DNA of 64,000 nt. It comes from an uncultured Gammaproteobacteria bacterium. Lineage in GTDB: Bacteria; Patescibacteriota; Microgenomatia; UBA10105; UBA927. The notes under the pieces are model-generated. The model was given only the letters and a program-made list of their open reading frames with translations, was not told the origin of the DNA and ran no database searches. Position numbers and translations under genes: made by a program. Shown here in pieces: positions 30,103 through 39,165 of the stretch. Position 1 is the first letter of the stretch, and the number at the start of each line of letters is the position of its first letter. The stretch lies in NCBI GenBank assembly GCA_964394685.1, contig CAYMYO010000002.1, positions 98,148 through 162,147 of the forward strand, given 5' to 3'.

Positions 30103-30603
30103 ATGTCAACAAATACACTGTCAGTTACAATAAAAAAAATTATTACACTGGAAACAGCGATTTTTACGTTAGCATTTTGTGTGCCGCTTCTGTTTAATGG
30201 TTCACAGATTGTTACTGGAAGTATAATAAATACTCTTTTGTTTATTTCAGCAGCTAAACTGTCAAAGCGGGCGTTGCCATTCATCGCGATCATTCCAAGT
30301 TTGGGCGCTGTATCAAACGGTATTCTTTTTGGCCCATTTACTATATATCTCGTTTACTTTCTGCCATTTATTTGGATGGGAAATTATCTTTTGATGTGGA
30401 TAGCAAAATCCAGCAATTTTTTGATTGCCGCACTTGCGAAAAGTACATTTTTGTTTTTGATTGCTTATGTTTTTGTATCTTTCCATATTGTTCCAAAAAT
30501 ATTTTTAACTGCGATGGGAGTTTTACAGCTTGTTACTGCCATTGTTGGAGGAATAGCTGCCATCGGGATATCAAAATATATTTTAAAACCAGCTCATGAA
30601 TGA
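30103..30603 (+). CDS. polytopic membrane protein (about 5 TM), function unknown; co-operonic with the next gene
   Basis: 166 aa, with a strong Shine-Dalgarno AAAGGAGG and a stop overlapping the next start (ATGAATGA). Confidence 0.4.
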   Translation: MSTNTLSVTIKKIITLETAIFTLAFCVPLLFNGSQIVTGSIINTLLFISAAKLSKRALPFIAIIPSLGAVSNGILFGPFTIYLVYFLPFIWMGNYLLMWIAKSSNFLIAALAKSTFLFLIAYVFVSFHIVPKIFLTAMGVLQLVTAIVGGIAAIGISKYILKPAHE

Positions 30604-31399
30604 AGTAGAACAACTCGTTCAACTAATAAAAGATAAAAAGCATCTTGTTGCGATGCTTGCTCCGTCGTTTCCAATTGTTTTTGATTATCCGGATATTGTA
30701 AAACGTTTGAAACAAATAGGATTTCAGGAAGTTTTGGAGGTATCGGTGGGAGCTGAAATTACAAACGAACAGATGCTTGCGGAGTTAAATAAAGATAAAA
30801 AGAAACGATTTATTACCAGTCCCTGTGCAAGTGCTGTTCGGCTTATTCGGAAAAAATATCCGCAGCTTGAAAAATATCTTGCGTACAACGTTGATTCGCC
30901 AATGGTTGCTACCGCAAAGATTGCCCATCATAAGTGGCCGGATGCAAAGGTTGTGTTTATCGGACCCTGTATAGTGAAACGGCTTGAGGCATCAGAAGAT
31001 CATCCGGATTTAGATATTTTAGTTTTGACGTATAAGGAGCTCAATGAAGTATTGAAGGTTATTCAACCAGATGAAGCCATACCAGTTGAGAAATTATTTG
31101 ATTTAGAAAATTCCAGCACTCGGTTGTATCCAATATCCGGAGGATTAGCAGCCACAAGCTGTTCGTCACATTTACTTTCAAGTGATGAACTACAGGTGAT
31201 ATCAGGATGGAAAAACTGTGCAGAGGCGCTGGATAATTTTGAGAAAAACACCTCTGTTCGGCTTCTTGATATTCTCTTTTGCGATGGAGGATGTATTAAT
31301 GGCCCGGGGATTGAAAGCACGTTATCACTTGATGAGCGAAGAAATAAATTACTCGGATATATCGACCAGAGAAAAGCAGAATCTTCAGTTTCTTCGTGA
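30596..31399 (+). CDS. [FeFe]-hydrogenase H-domain-like protein, truncated, with a degenerate first cluster motif
   Basis: VAMLAPSFPIVFDYPD...GFQEVLEVSVGAEI matches the start of the H-domain. Motif L1 is degenerate (FITSPCASAV versus consensus TSCCPxW). Motif L2 is present as GPCIVKRLE (consensus PCxxKxxE). Motif L3 is present as FCDGGCINGPG (consensus CxGGCxxG). The protein is 267 aa with no ferredoxin-like N-terminus. Confidence 0.6.
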   Translation: MNEVEQLVQLIKDKKHLVAMLAPSFPIVFDYPDIVKRLKQIGFQEVLEVSVGAEITNEQMLAELNKDKKKRFITSPCASAVRLIRKKYPQLEKYLAYNVDSPMVATAKIAHHKWPDAKVVFIGPCIVKRLEASEDHPDLDILVLTYKELNEVLKVIQPDEAIPVEKLFDLENSSTRLYPISGGLAATSCSSHLLSSDELQVISGWKNCAEALDNFEKNTSVRLLDILFCDGGCINGPGIESTLSLDERRNKLLGYIDQRKAESSVSS

Positions 31400-31532
31400 C
31401 AAATTCGGGAATTTGTGTATACTACGAAAACAAAAGTGTAAAAGATTGTTTTCTCAGTATAAACCCATCTAATCAGATTTTTCGCTTTACAAGCTGCAAA
31501 TCTGAGTAAGATGGGTATACAATACTCCTACT

Positions 31533-32600
31533 ATGATGACGACGATCAATTGTCCCTACTGCGGGAAACCTGTTGAGATATCAAAAGCGATTGAAGAGGA
31601 TCTTCGACATGCAATTGAAGATGACGTAAAGAGTAAATTGCAGGAAAAAGCAGTTTTAGAGGTGAAAGAAAAAGAGAGAGAATTATTGGAGACAAAAAAA
31701 CAACTTGCTGAACTTATCAGACAACTTCGTGAGGAAAAAGTAGCACGCGAAAATGTGGAAGTGACGATGCAAAAAAGACTGTTGGAAGAACAGGAAAAAA
31801 TCAGAGTGAAAGCCAAGGAAGAAGATTCCGAAAAACACAGATTGGAGCTGAAAGAAAAAGAGACGCAGCTGGAAAGTATGCGAAAAACCATTGAAGAGTT
31901 GCAGCGTAAGGGAAGTGTCGGGTCACAACAGTTGCAGGGAGAGGTACAGGAGCTGGATCTGGAGCAAACACTGCATAACACATTTCCTCAAGATGCAATT
32001 GTTCCAATAGGAAAAGGAGTATTGGGAGCAGATATCAGGCAGGTTGTTAAAAGTCCGATGGGTATGGATTGCGGGACGATTCTTTGGGAATCAAAGCGGA
32101 CAAAGGCATGGTCAGATGGATGGATAGGAAAACTCAAAGAAGATTTGCTTCATGACAAAGCACACATCCCGGCAATCATTTCCGATACGCTTCCGGATGA
32201 GGCAAAATCCGGAATGGGATTCAAAGACGGCGTGTGGATTGCGTCACATAAACTCGCATTACCATTAGCTGCGCTTCTTCGAAAATCACTGTTGGACGCA
32301 GCCAAGCAGAAAAAAATTGCTGGAGCCCAGTCGTCAAAAGCAGAAGAGCTTTATGGGTTCGTAACCAGCCACGATTTTCAACATCAGATGGAAGCAATGA
32401 TTGAAACCTATCAGGACATGCAGAAAGAAATTCAAAAAGAACGTATGTCGTTTGAGCGAAGTTGGAAACTTCGCGAAATGCAGGTCAGCAGATTATTGAC
32501 TGGTGTAGCAGGACTCTATGGTAGCATGCAAGGAATTGCTGGAGCTGCACTTGCTCCAATTAAAAGCCTCGAATTGCCAAGCGGTGAACAATTGGAGTAG
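31533..32600 (+). CDS. DUF2130-like protein: an N-terminal zinc ribbon plus a long coiled coil
   Basis: CPYCGKP is followed by ~130 aa of K/E-rich coiled coil and a conserved C-terminal domain. Confidence 0.45.
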   Translation: MMTTINCPYCGKPVEISKAIEEDLRHAIEDDVKSKLQEKAVLEVKEKERELLETKKQLAELIRQLREEKVARENVEVTMQKRLLEEQEKIRVKAKEEDSEKHRLELKEKETQLESMRKTIEELQRKGSVGSQQLQGEVQELDLEQTLHNTFPQDAIVPIGKGVLGADIRQVVKSPMGMDCGTILWESKRTKAWSDGWIGKLKEDLLHDKAHIPAIISDTLPDEAKSGMGFKDGVWIASHKLALPLAALLRKSLLDAAKQKKIAGAQSSKAEELYGFVTSHDFQHQMEAMIETYQDMQKEIQKERMSFERSWKLREMQVSRLLTGVAGLYGSMQGIAGAALAPIKSLELPSGEQLE

Positions 32601-32611
32601 GATAGAGCTAT

Positions 32612-33124
32612 ATGATAAAAAAATCAAAAACATTCCCAATGGGAGTTAAAATTCTTATCGGCTGCGTCGGGTTACTTGTTATAGTGGGAATTCTTATGGG
32701 GACCATTGGAAGCGTCATTTTTTCCAAATTTGGCCTCAATTTCATGAAAAAAGCAGTGGAAACAAAAACCGGCGCAGAGATTAATGTCGGCGAAGGAAAA
32801 ATTCCAACCGGATTTCCAAAGGATTTTCCGTTGTATGCTGGGGCGAAAGTTGAAGGGAATATCTCAGGAGCTGAGAATAAAGCGGGAAAGGGATTTTGGT
32901 TAATTTTATCAACTCCAGACGCGGCTGAAAAAGTAACCGCATTTTACGAAACAAATTTACCCAAAAACGGATGGACTGTTGGTAATACGATGAATATTGG
33001 GCCATCGTCAACATGGGAAGTAACAAAAGGGGATATGGCAGGGGCTGTGATAGTAGCGACAGATGAAAAAGAAAAAGGGACAAGTATTGTTATAACACTG
33101 GCTCCAAAAGAAAAGGAAGAATAA
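32612..33124 (+). CDS. membrane-anchored hypothetical protein
   Basis: An N-terminal TM helix followed by a soluble domain; no recognisable motif. Confidence 0.4.
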   Translation: MIKKSKTFPMGVKILIGCVGLLVIVGILMGTIGSVIFSKFGLNFMKKAVETKTGAEINVGEGKIPTGFPKDFPLYAGAKVEGNISGAENKAGKGFWLILSTPDAAEKVTAFYETNLPKNGWTVGNTMNIGPSSTWEVTKGDMAGAVIVATDEKEKGTSIVITLAPKEKEE

Positions 33125-33125
33125 T

Positions 33126-33593
33126 ATGAACGGAAATAAGACAGTTATAGCAATATTACTGTCTGCACTCATGATCTGCGCGACCATTTATTATGTTGGG
33201 AAAAAGCCGGACAAAATTCCGACAGTTATCGTTCCGGAAAGCAATCAGTCGCAAACAGCAATTGCGACGCCAACCGCGGAAATACCAACACTAACAATAG
33301 ATGATCTTGCGCTTATTACCAAAGCAATAGCTCTCAAAACCGGTCTTTCTGAAACGGCAATCAACGTGACCATTTCAAAACACATTGGCGACTACGCAAA
33401 AGGCGGGATAGTAGAAAAGACAAGTGAAGTTGGCGGAGCCCAGTGGTTTGCGGCAAAGAAAAACGGCGCATGGGTTATTGTGCATGATGGGCAGGATTAT
33501 CCGAAATGCAGTGTACTTGTTGGATTTACATTTCCAAAAGAAATATTGGATAGTTGTTGGGACGATGCGACAAACAAGTTAAAAAGTTTGTGA
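33126..33593 (+). CDS. membrane-anchored hypothetical protein
   Basis: An N-terminal TM helix followed by a soluble domain; no recognisable motif. Confidence 0.4.
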   Translation: MNGNKTVIAILLSALMICATIYYVGKKPDKIPTVIVPESNQSQTAIATPTAEIPTLTIDDLALITKAIALKTGLSETAINVTISKHIGDYAKGGIVEKTSEVGGAQWFAAKKNGAWVIVHDGQDYPKCSVLVGFTFPKEILDSCWDDATNKLKSL

Positions 33594-34552
33594 TCAAACG
33601 ATACATAGGCATTTGTATACTTCTTTTTGGAATAGGACTTTATTTTTATTTTTTTCAAAAAGATCAAACGGTGTCACTCTCTCCGATAGTAGAACAATCA
33701 ACATGGACGCTGATAGCTACAGGTGATATTATTCCCGCCCGGTCAGTGAATTACAAAACACTTACGTATAAAGATTTTACCTGGGCGTGGAAGAATATTG
33801 CGCCAATAATAAAAGTTGGTGATATCACGGTTATTAATTTAGAATCTCCGCTTATAGATAATTGTCCAATAACCAACGAAGGCTTCAAATTTTGCGGAGA
33901 CAGCCGTCACATCGAAGGACTGGTTCATGCCGGCGTTGATGTGGCGACACTTGCCAATAACCACATTGGAAATTATGGAAAAAGTGGAATTGATGAAACA
34001 GTACAGCTGCTTCGATCCCATGGTATTGATGTTGCTGGGATTAATGAGGAACCGCCGATATGGGTTGTTAACAACATTCGTGTTGGATTTCTTGCATATA
34101 ACGATATTGGCGCAAAAGAAGAAGGAGTGTCGTGGGCGGATACAAATGTTATGGAAAAGGAAATTCAGAAGTTACGGAATAGTGTTGATGTATTGGTGGT
34201 GTCGATGAGTTGGGGAGAAGAATATATGGTTACACCGTCAGCCAGACAAAAAGAATTGGCTCATTTTATTATTGATAGCGGCGCGGATCTGATTTTAGGC
34301 AATCACCCTCACTGGATTCAGCCGGTCGAAGTGTATCAAGGTAAATATATTGTGTACGCGCATGGCAATACCATATTTGATCAAATGTGGAGCGAAGAAA
34401 CAAAAACAGGTGTTATCGGGAAATATACATTTTCAGGAATGCGGCTTACAAATGTCGAGTTTATACCAACGTATATCAAAGATTATGGTCAGCCAACGCT
34501 TCTTACCGGCGAGGCAAAAAAAGAAATATTACAGAAAATAATGATACTATAA
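33554..34552 (+). CDS. CapA-family (PGA_cap) metallophosphatase-like protein
   Basis: GDITVINLESP...LANNHIGNYGKSG...GNHPHWIQPVE...YAHGNTIFDQ. The track start is a TTG; the true start is uncertain. Confidence 0.75.
   Translation: MLGRCDKQVKKFVIKRYIGICILLFGIGLYFYFFQKDQTVSLSPIVEQSTWTLIATGDIIPARSVNYKTLTYKDFTWAWKNIAPIIKVGDITVINLESPLIDNCPITNEGFKFCGDSRHIEGLVHAGVDVATLANNHIGNYGKSGIDETVQLLRSHGIDVAGINEEPPIWVVNNIRVGFLAYNDIGAKEEGVSWADTNVMEKEIQKLRNSVDVLVVSMSWGEEYMVTPSARQKELAHFIIDSGADLILGNHPHWIQPVEVYQGKYIVYAHGNTIFDQMWSEETKTGVIGKYTFSGMRLTNVEFIPTYIKDYGQPTLLTGEAKKEILQKIMIL
34457..34552 (+). repeat. direct repeat copy A, the in-frame capA 3' end
   Basis: About 75% nt identity to 35954-36049; it encodes EFIPTYIKDYGQPTLLTGEAKKEILQKIMIL*. 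Confidence 0.6.
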
Positions 34553-34582
34553 ATGTATGAGGAAAATTATAACTCTAAATTT

Positions 34583-34606
34583 AATGTTATAGAATTCAAT
34601 AACATT
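34583..34606. repeat. 24-bp palindromic site, copy 1 (AATGTTATAGAATTCAATAACATT)
   Basis: 8-bp arms around a GAATTC core. It lies inside a ~57-bp segment that duplicates an internal part of the KilA-N gene. Confidence 0.6.
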
Positions 34607-34730
34607 AGAAAAGAAGCAGGATTTAATATTTAAACACATCGAATTCGACGGGTTTAAAAATAAACCAACATGTAATTTAATTATGGCGAATTTGCCATAA
34701 TAAAAAAGAATATAAAATAACAAAGTATTT

Positions 34731-35558
34731 ATGAGAAAAATCACAGCTCAAGGCTTTGATATTGCCATTATTCGCAAAGATAATGAGGAATATATTTCTT
34801 TGACCGACATGGCAAAGTTTAAAGATCGTGAAGCAACAGGTATTGTAATTTCTAATTGGTTATCCACGAAATACACGATCCAGTTTGCTGGAGCTTGGGA
34901 ACAAGTTCATAACCCTATGTTTAATGTTATGGAATTCCATAACATTAGAAATGAAGCTGGATCTCATGGATTTATTTTATCCTCTTCAAAATGGATACAA
35001 AAAACAAACGCAATAGGGATACGGTCATCTTCTGGTCGATATGGCGGTACTTTTGCTCACAAAGATATTGCTTTCGAGTTTGCAACATGGATTTCGCCAG
35101 AATTCAAACTCTATCTTATTAAAGAATTCCAGCGGTTAAAAGAAGAAGAAAATAAACGATTGGTTCTCGGATGGGATCTCAAACGTCAGCTTACCAAAAT
35201 TAATTATAGAATTCATACAGACGCAATTAAAGATAATTTACTCCCGAAAACTGTAACAAAGAAACAAGCACAGATAACTTATGCAACCGAGGCAGATATA
35301 TTGAATATCGCACTGTTTAGCAAAACCGCCAAAGACTGGCAAAGTGAAAATAAAAATAAAGAAGGAAATATTCGTGACTATACTGATGTTGTTCAACTTG
35401 TGGTACTCGCTAATCTTGAAAGTATCAACGCAGAATTCATTAAAAAAGGAATTCCTCAATCGGAACGATTAGTTCAACTGAATGCAATTGCCATCTCTCA
35501 AATAAAGTCACTCATCGGCAATCCTTCAATCAAAAAATTAGAACGTGGAAGTAAATAA
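34731..35558 (+). CDS. KilA-N domain protein (phage/plasmid-type)
   Basis: The N-terminal domain FDIAIIRKDNEEYISLTDMAKF...ISNWL...GGTFAHKDIAFEFATWISPEFKLYLIKEF matches the KilA-N consensus (GTxxH.D.A..FA.WiSpeF). Confidence 0.6.
   Translation: MRKITAQGFDIAIIRKDNEEYISLTDMAKFKDREATGIVISNWLSTKYTIQFAGAWEQVHNPMFNVMEFHNIRNEAGSHGFILSSSKWIQKTNAIGIRSSSGRYGGTFAHKDIAFEFATWISPEFKLYLIKEFQRLKEEENKRLVLGWDLKRQLTKINYRIHTDAIKDNLLPKTVTKKQAQITYATEADILNIALFSKTAKDWQSENKNKEGNIRDYTDVVQLVVLANLESINAEFIKKGIPQSERLVQLNAIAISQIKSLIGNPSIKKLERGSK
34923..34946. repeat. 24-bp perfect palindrome, copy 2 (AATGTTATGGAATTCCATAACATT), inside the KilA-N coding sequence
   Basis: Its reverse complement is identical to itself; it encodes FNVMEFHNI. 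Confidence 0.6.
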
Positions 35559-35559
35559 A

Positions 35560-35955
35560 ATGATTAAGAAAAAGCCAGTTTATTCAATCAGCGATAGATT
35601 GTGGGGTGAGGACGGACCCTATTCGGAAGTGAAATTGATTATTGAGACACGGATTTTAGACGAGAGGATAAGCAGGACATTTGTCATCGTTGAAGTATCA
35701 ATAAATCCATATACATTTGAATTAATACGGAAGCATAAGACTTTATTTTATAGTGATAAAATGATCCAGCAATTATTAGAACATTCTGAATATCGAGGGC
35801 AAAGTGATGGATATGTTTCTATGGCATTTTCTGAGGAATATGGACCAGATGTGCTAGAAAAGGCCCAGCAATCAGTCGAATATTGTAAGAATACAATTGT
35901 CAAAATGCACCAATTTGTAATGAAACAATTGAATAATAAAAAAAATATAAATTAA
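35560..35955 (+). CDS. hypothetical protein (element cargo)
   Basis: The ATG at 35560 lies immediately after the KilA-N stop and has a GGAAG Shine-Dalgarno. No recognisable domain. Confidence 0.35.
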   Translation: MIKKKPVYSISDRLWGEDGPYSEVKLIIETRILDERISRTFVIVEVSINPYTFELIRKHKTLFYSDKMIQQLLEHSEYRGQSDGYVSMAFSEEYGPDVLEKAQQSVEYCKNTIVKMHQFVMKQLNNKKNIN

Positions 35956-36049
35956 ATTTATCCCAACCTATATTCAAGACTACGGTCAACCAACCCTTCT
36001 TACCGGCGACGCAAAAGAAAAAGTATTACAAAAGCTAAGTGTAAATTAA
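35954..36049 (+). repeat. direct repeat copy B, the orphan capA 3' end
   Basis: See copy A. It is out of frame with the upstream ORF and ends in TAA at 36047-36049. Confidence 0.6.
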
Positions 36050-36101
36050 TATGTTTACGTTATTATTCACCCATTCTGCCTGCATTAAAAAAAATGTTTT
36101 A

Positions 36102-36758
36102 TTATATTACCTTAGTGGAGTGAACACCTTTTTTGGCGAGGAGATATTTTACAGAAGTATTTTGTTTGTTCAATGAATCTATTACTTTAGAAATTAACTT
36201 TTTTGGATCAGGTCCAAAATGGACTATTGCATTAGTTTTTTTAGGCACTTTTGTGATTAATGTTTTTAAATCGTCTGTGATCCCTCCAGTTTCAGTTAAA
36301 ACGCCAATAATTTTTCCCATCTCATATAGATTAATGAATTCATTTAACGTGCCCCATCTGCCGGAAATAATTATTGCCGCATCACAGTTGGCTGTTGAGA
36401 TAACATTTCTGTAGCATAGCCGCGCAAACTGTTCACATTTGAACTGATTGTTATTCCTTATAAAAAAGAGTTTCTTATAATACGCTGGGACATAAAATAA
36501 TTTGGTAAATATAGAAGGATTATTTTCCGGAAAAAACATTTTATGGTGTTGAAAATCAATTTCAGGAGTAAAACCCCAAATATCTACACCCTTTTTCGAG
36601 GCTTCATTGGCAACCATATAAGGTAATCCCGTGCTCCCGCCGGTTATCAGGATTAAATTTTTACGTTTTCCAAATTCTATTCCTAATTTTTTTGCAAGAA
36701 CTAAAGCTTTTTTGTTATTTTCTACCGCAGATCCAAAAACTCCAATTTTGTATATCAT
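36102..36758 (-). CDS. LOG-family (TIGR00725-like) Rossmann-fold nucleotide-binding protein
   Basis: LILITGGSTGLPYMVANEA (GGxxGxM) and AIIISGRWGTLNEFINLYE (PGGxGTxxE-like), the two LOG signature motifs. Confidence 0.65.
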   Translation of the reverse strand: MIYKIGVFGSAVENNKKALVLAKKLGIEFGKRKNLILITGGSTGLPYMVANEASKKGVDIWGFTPEIDFQHHKMFFPENNPSIFTKLFYVPAYYKKLFFIRNNNQFKCEQFARLCYRNVISTANCDAAIIISGRWGTLNEFINLYEMGKIIGVLTETGGITDDLKTLITKVPKKTNAIVHFGPDPKKLISKVIDSLNKQNTSVKYLLAKKGVHSTKVI

Positions 36759-36794
36759 AAGTTTTTAGACTATATTCTTAAAATAATTATATAC

Positions 36795-38357
36795 TTATTG
36801 CCACTCTATCGTTGCCGGAGGTTTGTCTGTTATATCGTACACGACTCTCCCAACTCCCACTTCGTCAACTATTCTTTTGGAGATTGTTTTAAGGTACGGA
36901 AGTGCCTTTAAGGAAAAATTTGCCGTCATAGAATTTATTGATTCGACTACCCTTACTACAATTGCCTTATTATATTTTTGATGTTCATCTCCTTTGATTC
37001 CAAGACTGGGGACATTGATAAGTATTGCAAATGACATCCATATATCGTTTTTTACCGGGCTATTTTGCAGTGTTTCCTCTATTATTTTAGTAGCTTTTCT
37101 TACAAGTTCTACTTTGCTTCTCGTTACCTCTCCCTGTACTCTTATTGCAAAACCGGGACCTGGAAAAACCTTTTTAAATACTGCTTCATCTGGCAAATTC
37201 AAGAAATTAGCTACCAGCCTCACTTTGTCTTTAAATAAATCCCTAAGGGGTTCTAATAATTCTACATTTAAATGATTTGGTAAGCCGCCAACATTGTGAT
37301 GAGGTTTTATTTGAGATGAAAATTTTGTTACGCCACTTTCTACAACGTCAGACCAAATAGTTCCCTGGGCTACAATTTTTGTGTTGTATTTTTTAGCTAT
37401 TTCTTCGAATATTTCAATGAATGTCTTGCCAATTATTTTGCATTTTTTATCGGGTTTAATTTCTGATTTTAGCGCATTGAAAAATCTATCGCTTTCGTTA
37501 ACGACTTCAAGTTTTATATCAAATTTACGACAAAATAATACAACTTCACTTTGAGTTTCTTTTGGCATTAAACCACTATCAACATAAATTGCAATTATTT
37601 GACTTTTTCTTAAAGCTTTTTTTAATAAAGCTGTCATTGTTAGTGAATCAACTCCACCTGATACAGCGACTATAACTTTGCTTTCCCTCACGCGAGATTT
37701 AATTGACAGTATTGCCTGATCAACGAAAATTTTAGGTGTCCATTTCAATTTCTTTTTGATTTTACAAATTTTGAAGGAAAAATTTGAGAGGATTATATCT
37801 CCCTGTATAGTATGAGAAACTTCGGGGTGAAATTGCACACCGAATAGATTAGAGCCTATTTTTTTATACGCGGTAATAGGTGTGTATTCACTTGATGCTA
37901 ATATTTCGTATCCTTTGGGCAATTGCATTACGGTGTCTCCGTGACTCATCCAAACAATAGAATTATTTGTAACTCCATCGAATAAAGCATTTTTATGGAT
38001 TATTGAAATTTGCGAACTACCATACTCTGATTTTTCTTTTTTTACTTGTCCACCTTTTATTTTGGCTAATAATTGATGGCCATAACAAATTCCCAATACC
38101 GGAGTTCCACTTTCTAGCCATGTTTGATCAAATAGTATGGAGTTCGTTTTAACAGAAGCTGCGCTTCCGGACAATATTAATCCTTTAACTTGAAAATTAT
38201 TATTTTCTATATTTGTTATCCAATCTTTATGACAAATATCAGCCGGCACGATGACTGAATACGCACCAACATCCTGAAGCCTAGATTTAATTAAATGCGT
38301 GTATTGGCTGCCAAAGTCGAATATTAAAATTATCTCTTTTTTTGATACCATGTTCAT
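36795..38357 (-). CDS. guaA: GMP synthase (glutamine-hydrolysing): GATase-1 plus a PP-loop ATP pyrophosphatase
   Basis: A GATase with catalytic Cys (GICYGHQLL), the PP-loop VAVSGGVDSL, and a C-terminal HHNVGGLP dimerisation motif. Confidence 0.85.
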   Translation of the reverse strand: MNMVSKKEIILIFDFGSQYTHLIKSRLQDVGAYSVIVPADICHKDWITNIENNNFQVKGLILSGSAASVKTNSILFDQTWLESGTPVLGICYGHQLLAKIKGGQVKKEKSEYGSSQISIIHKNALFDGVTNNSIVWMSHGDTVMQLPKGYEILASSEYTPITAYKKIGSNLFGVQFHPEVSHTIQGDIILSNFSFKICKIKKKLKWTPKIFVDQAILSIKSRVRESKVIVAVSGGVDSLTMTALLKKALRKSQIIAIYVDSGLMPKETQSEVVLFCRKFDIKLEVVNESDRFFNALKSEIKPDKKCKIIGKTFIEIFEEIAKKYNTKIVAQGTIWSDVVESGVTKFSSQIKPHHNVGGLPNHLNVELLEPLRDLFKDKVRLVANFLNLPDEAVFKKVFPGPGFAIRVQGEVTRSKVELVRKATKIIEETLQNSPVKNDIWMSFAILINVPSLGIKGDEHQKYNKAIVVRVVESINSMTANFSLKALPYLKTISKRIVDEVGVGRVVYDITDKPPATIEWQ

Positions 38358-38367
38358 AGTTATTTAG

Positions 38368-39003
38368 TCAACGTTTTATGGATTTAAAGACAAACCCCTT
38401 TTTTTGTTGCGAAATAAATTCTTTCAAAAAATTAATGTCTTTTGCAGACAGGATTTTTTCGTCAAAAGCGACTTTTAACAAATTATTAATATTTGTAATC
38501 GAACACACATCTACTGATAATCTTTCTTTAATAAAATCATCATGACCATAGCTAAAAATAGCATGTACATATATTTGATAACCCAAGCGTTTTAATTCAT
38601 ATATTGCCGGTTGAATTGTAGCTCCGGACACAATGACATCATCTATGATTACAACTTTATTTCGTCCTGTCGGAATTTGTCCAACAAACCTTCCTTTTTC
38701 GGCATATTCTTTATCACTTTTCCGATATAATACCAGCGGAATATTTAACTTATCAGCAAGTATTGAAGCAAAATATGATCCGCCGCTTTCAATGCCACAA
38801 ACGAGGTCAGTATGAGGGGGTATGATACTCAATAAATCATCAGTAATTATTTTCCTTAGTTTAATGTTATTTAATGTATTTTTAATATTGATAAAAATCG
38901 GGGTCATCCTGTTAGGTTGTACTTCAAAAAATATTTTAGGGCTGTACTTTAATACGCCGGGAGAAGTAACCAATAATCTTTCAAGTTCAAAATTAGAGTT
39001 CAT
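38368..39003 (-). CDS. type I phosphoribosyltransferase, orotate PRTase-like
   Basis: PRPP-binding loop VVIIDDVIVSGATI. The overall layout (GxLKYSPKIFF, GIESGGSYFAS) resembles PyrE. Confidence 0.6.
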   Translation of the reverse strand: MNSNFELERLLVTSPGVLKYSPKIFFEVQPNRMTPIFINIKNTLNNIKLRKIITDDLLSIIPPHTDLVCGIESGGSYFASILADKLNIPLVLYRKSDKEYAEKGRFVGQIPTGRNKVVIIDDVIVSGATIQPAIYELKRLGYQIYVHAIFSYGHDDFIKERLSVDVCSITNINNLLKVAFDEKILSAKDINFLKEFISQQKKGFVFKSIKR

Positions 39004-39165
39004 AGATATACTTATTTATCGAATCGTTTCGCAAAATTTAAGGAATTTATTATTGCATCCTTTTATTCAAGTTAAAGCTGATTATAGCATTATAATAATC
39101 TGTAATGATAGTTTGTATTCTTTATACCGTACCTGTTATATATGAGTTTCTGGTATAATTGTTTC

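Larger units (their letters stand above)
34553..35953 (+). mobile_element. small mobile-element remnant (KilA-N gene plus one hypothetical gene) inserted at the capA 3' end and flanked by diverged duplicates of the capA 3' end
   Basis: The last ~96 nt of capA (34457-34552) recur as a diverged copy at 35954-36049, an orphan ORF tail KFIPTYIQDYGQPTLLTGDAKEKVLQKLSVN*. The intervening DNA encodes a KilA-N protein. Confidence 0.5.

Noticed and set aside
34547-34744. A 65-aa minus-strand ORF spanning the capA / KilA-N intergenic region.
   Set aside because: It lies over the duplicated repeat and palindrome region, has no Shine-Dalgarno, and gives a hydrophobic low-complexity translation. The region is better explained as a repeat or operator.
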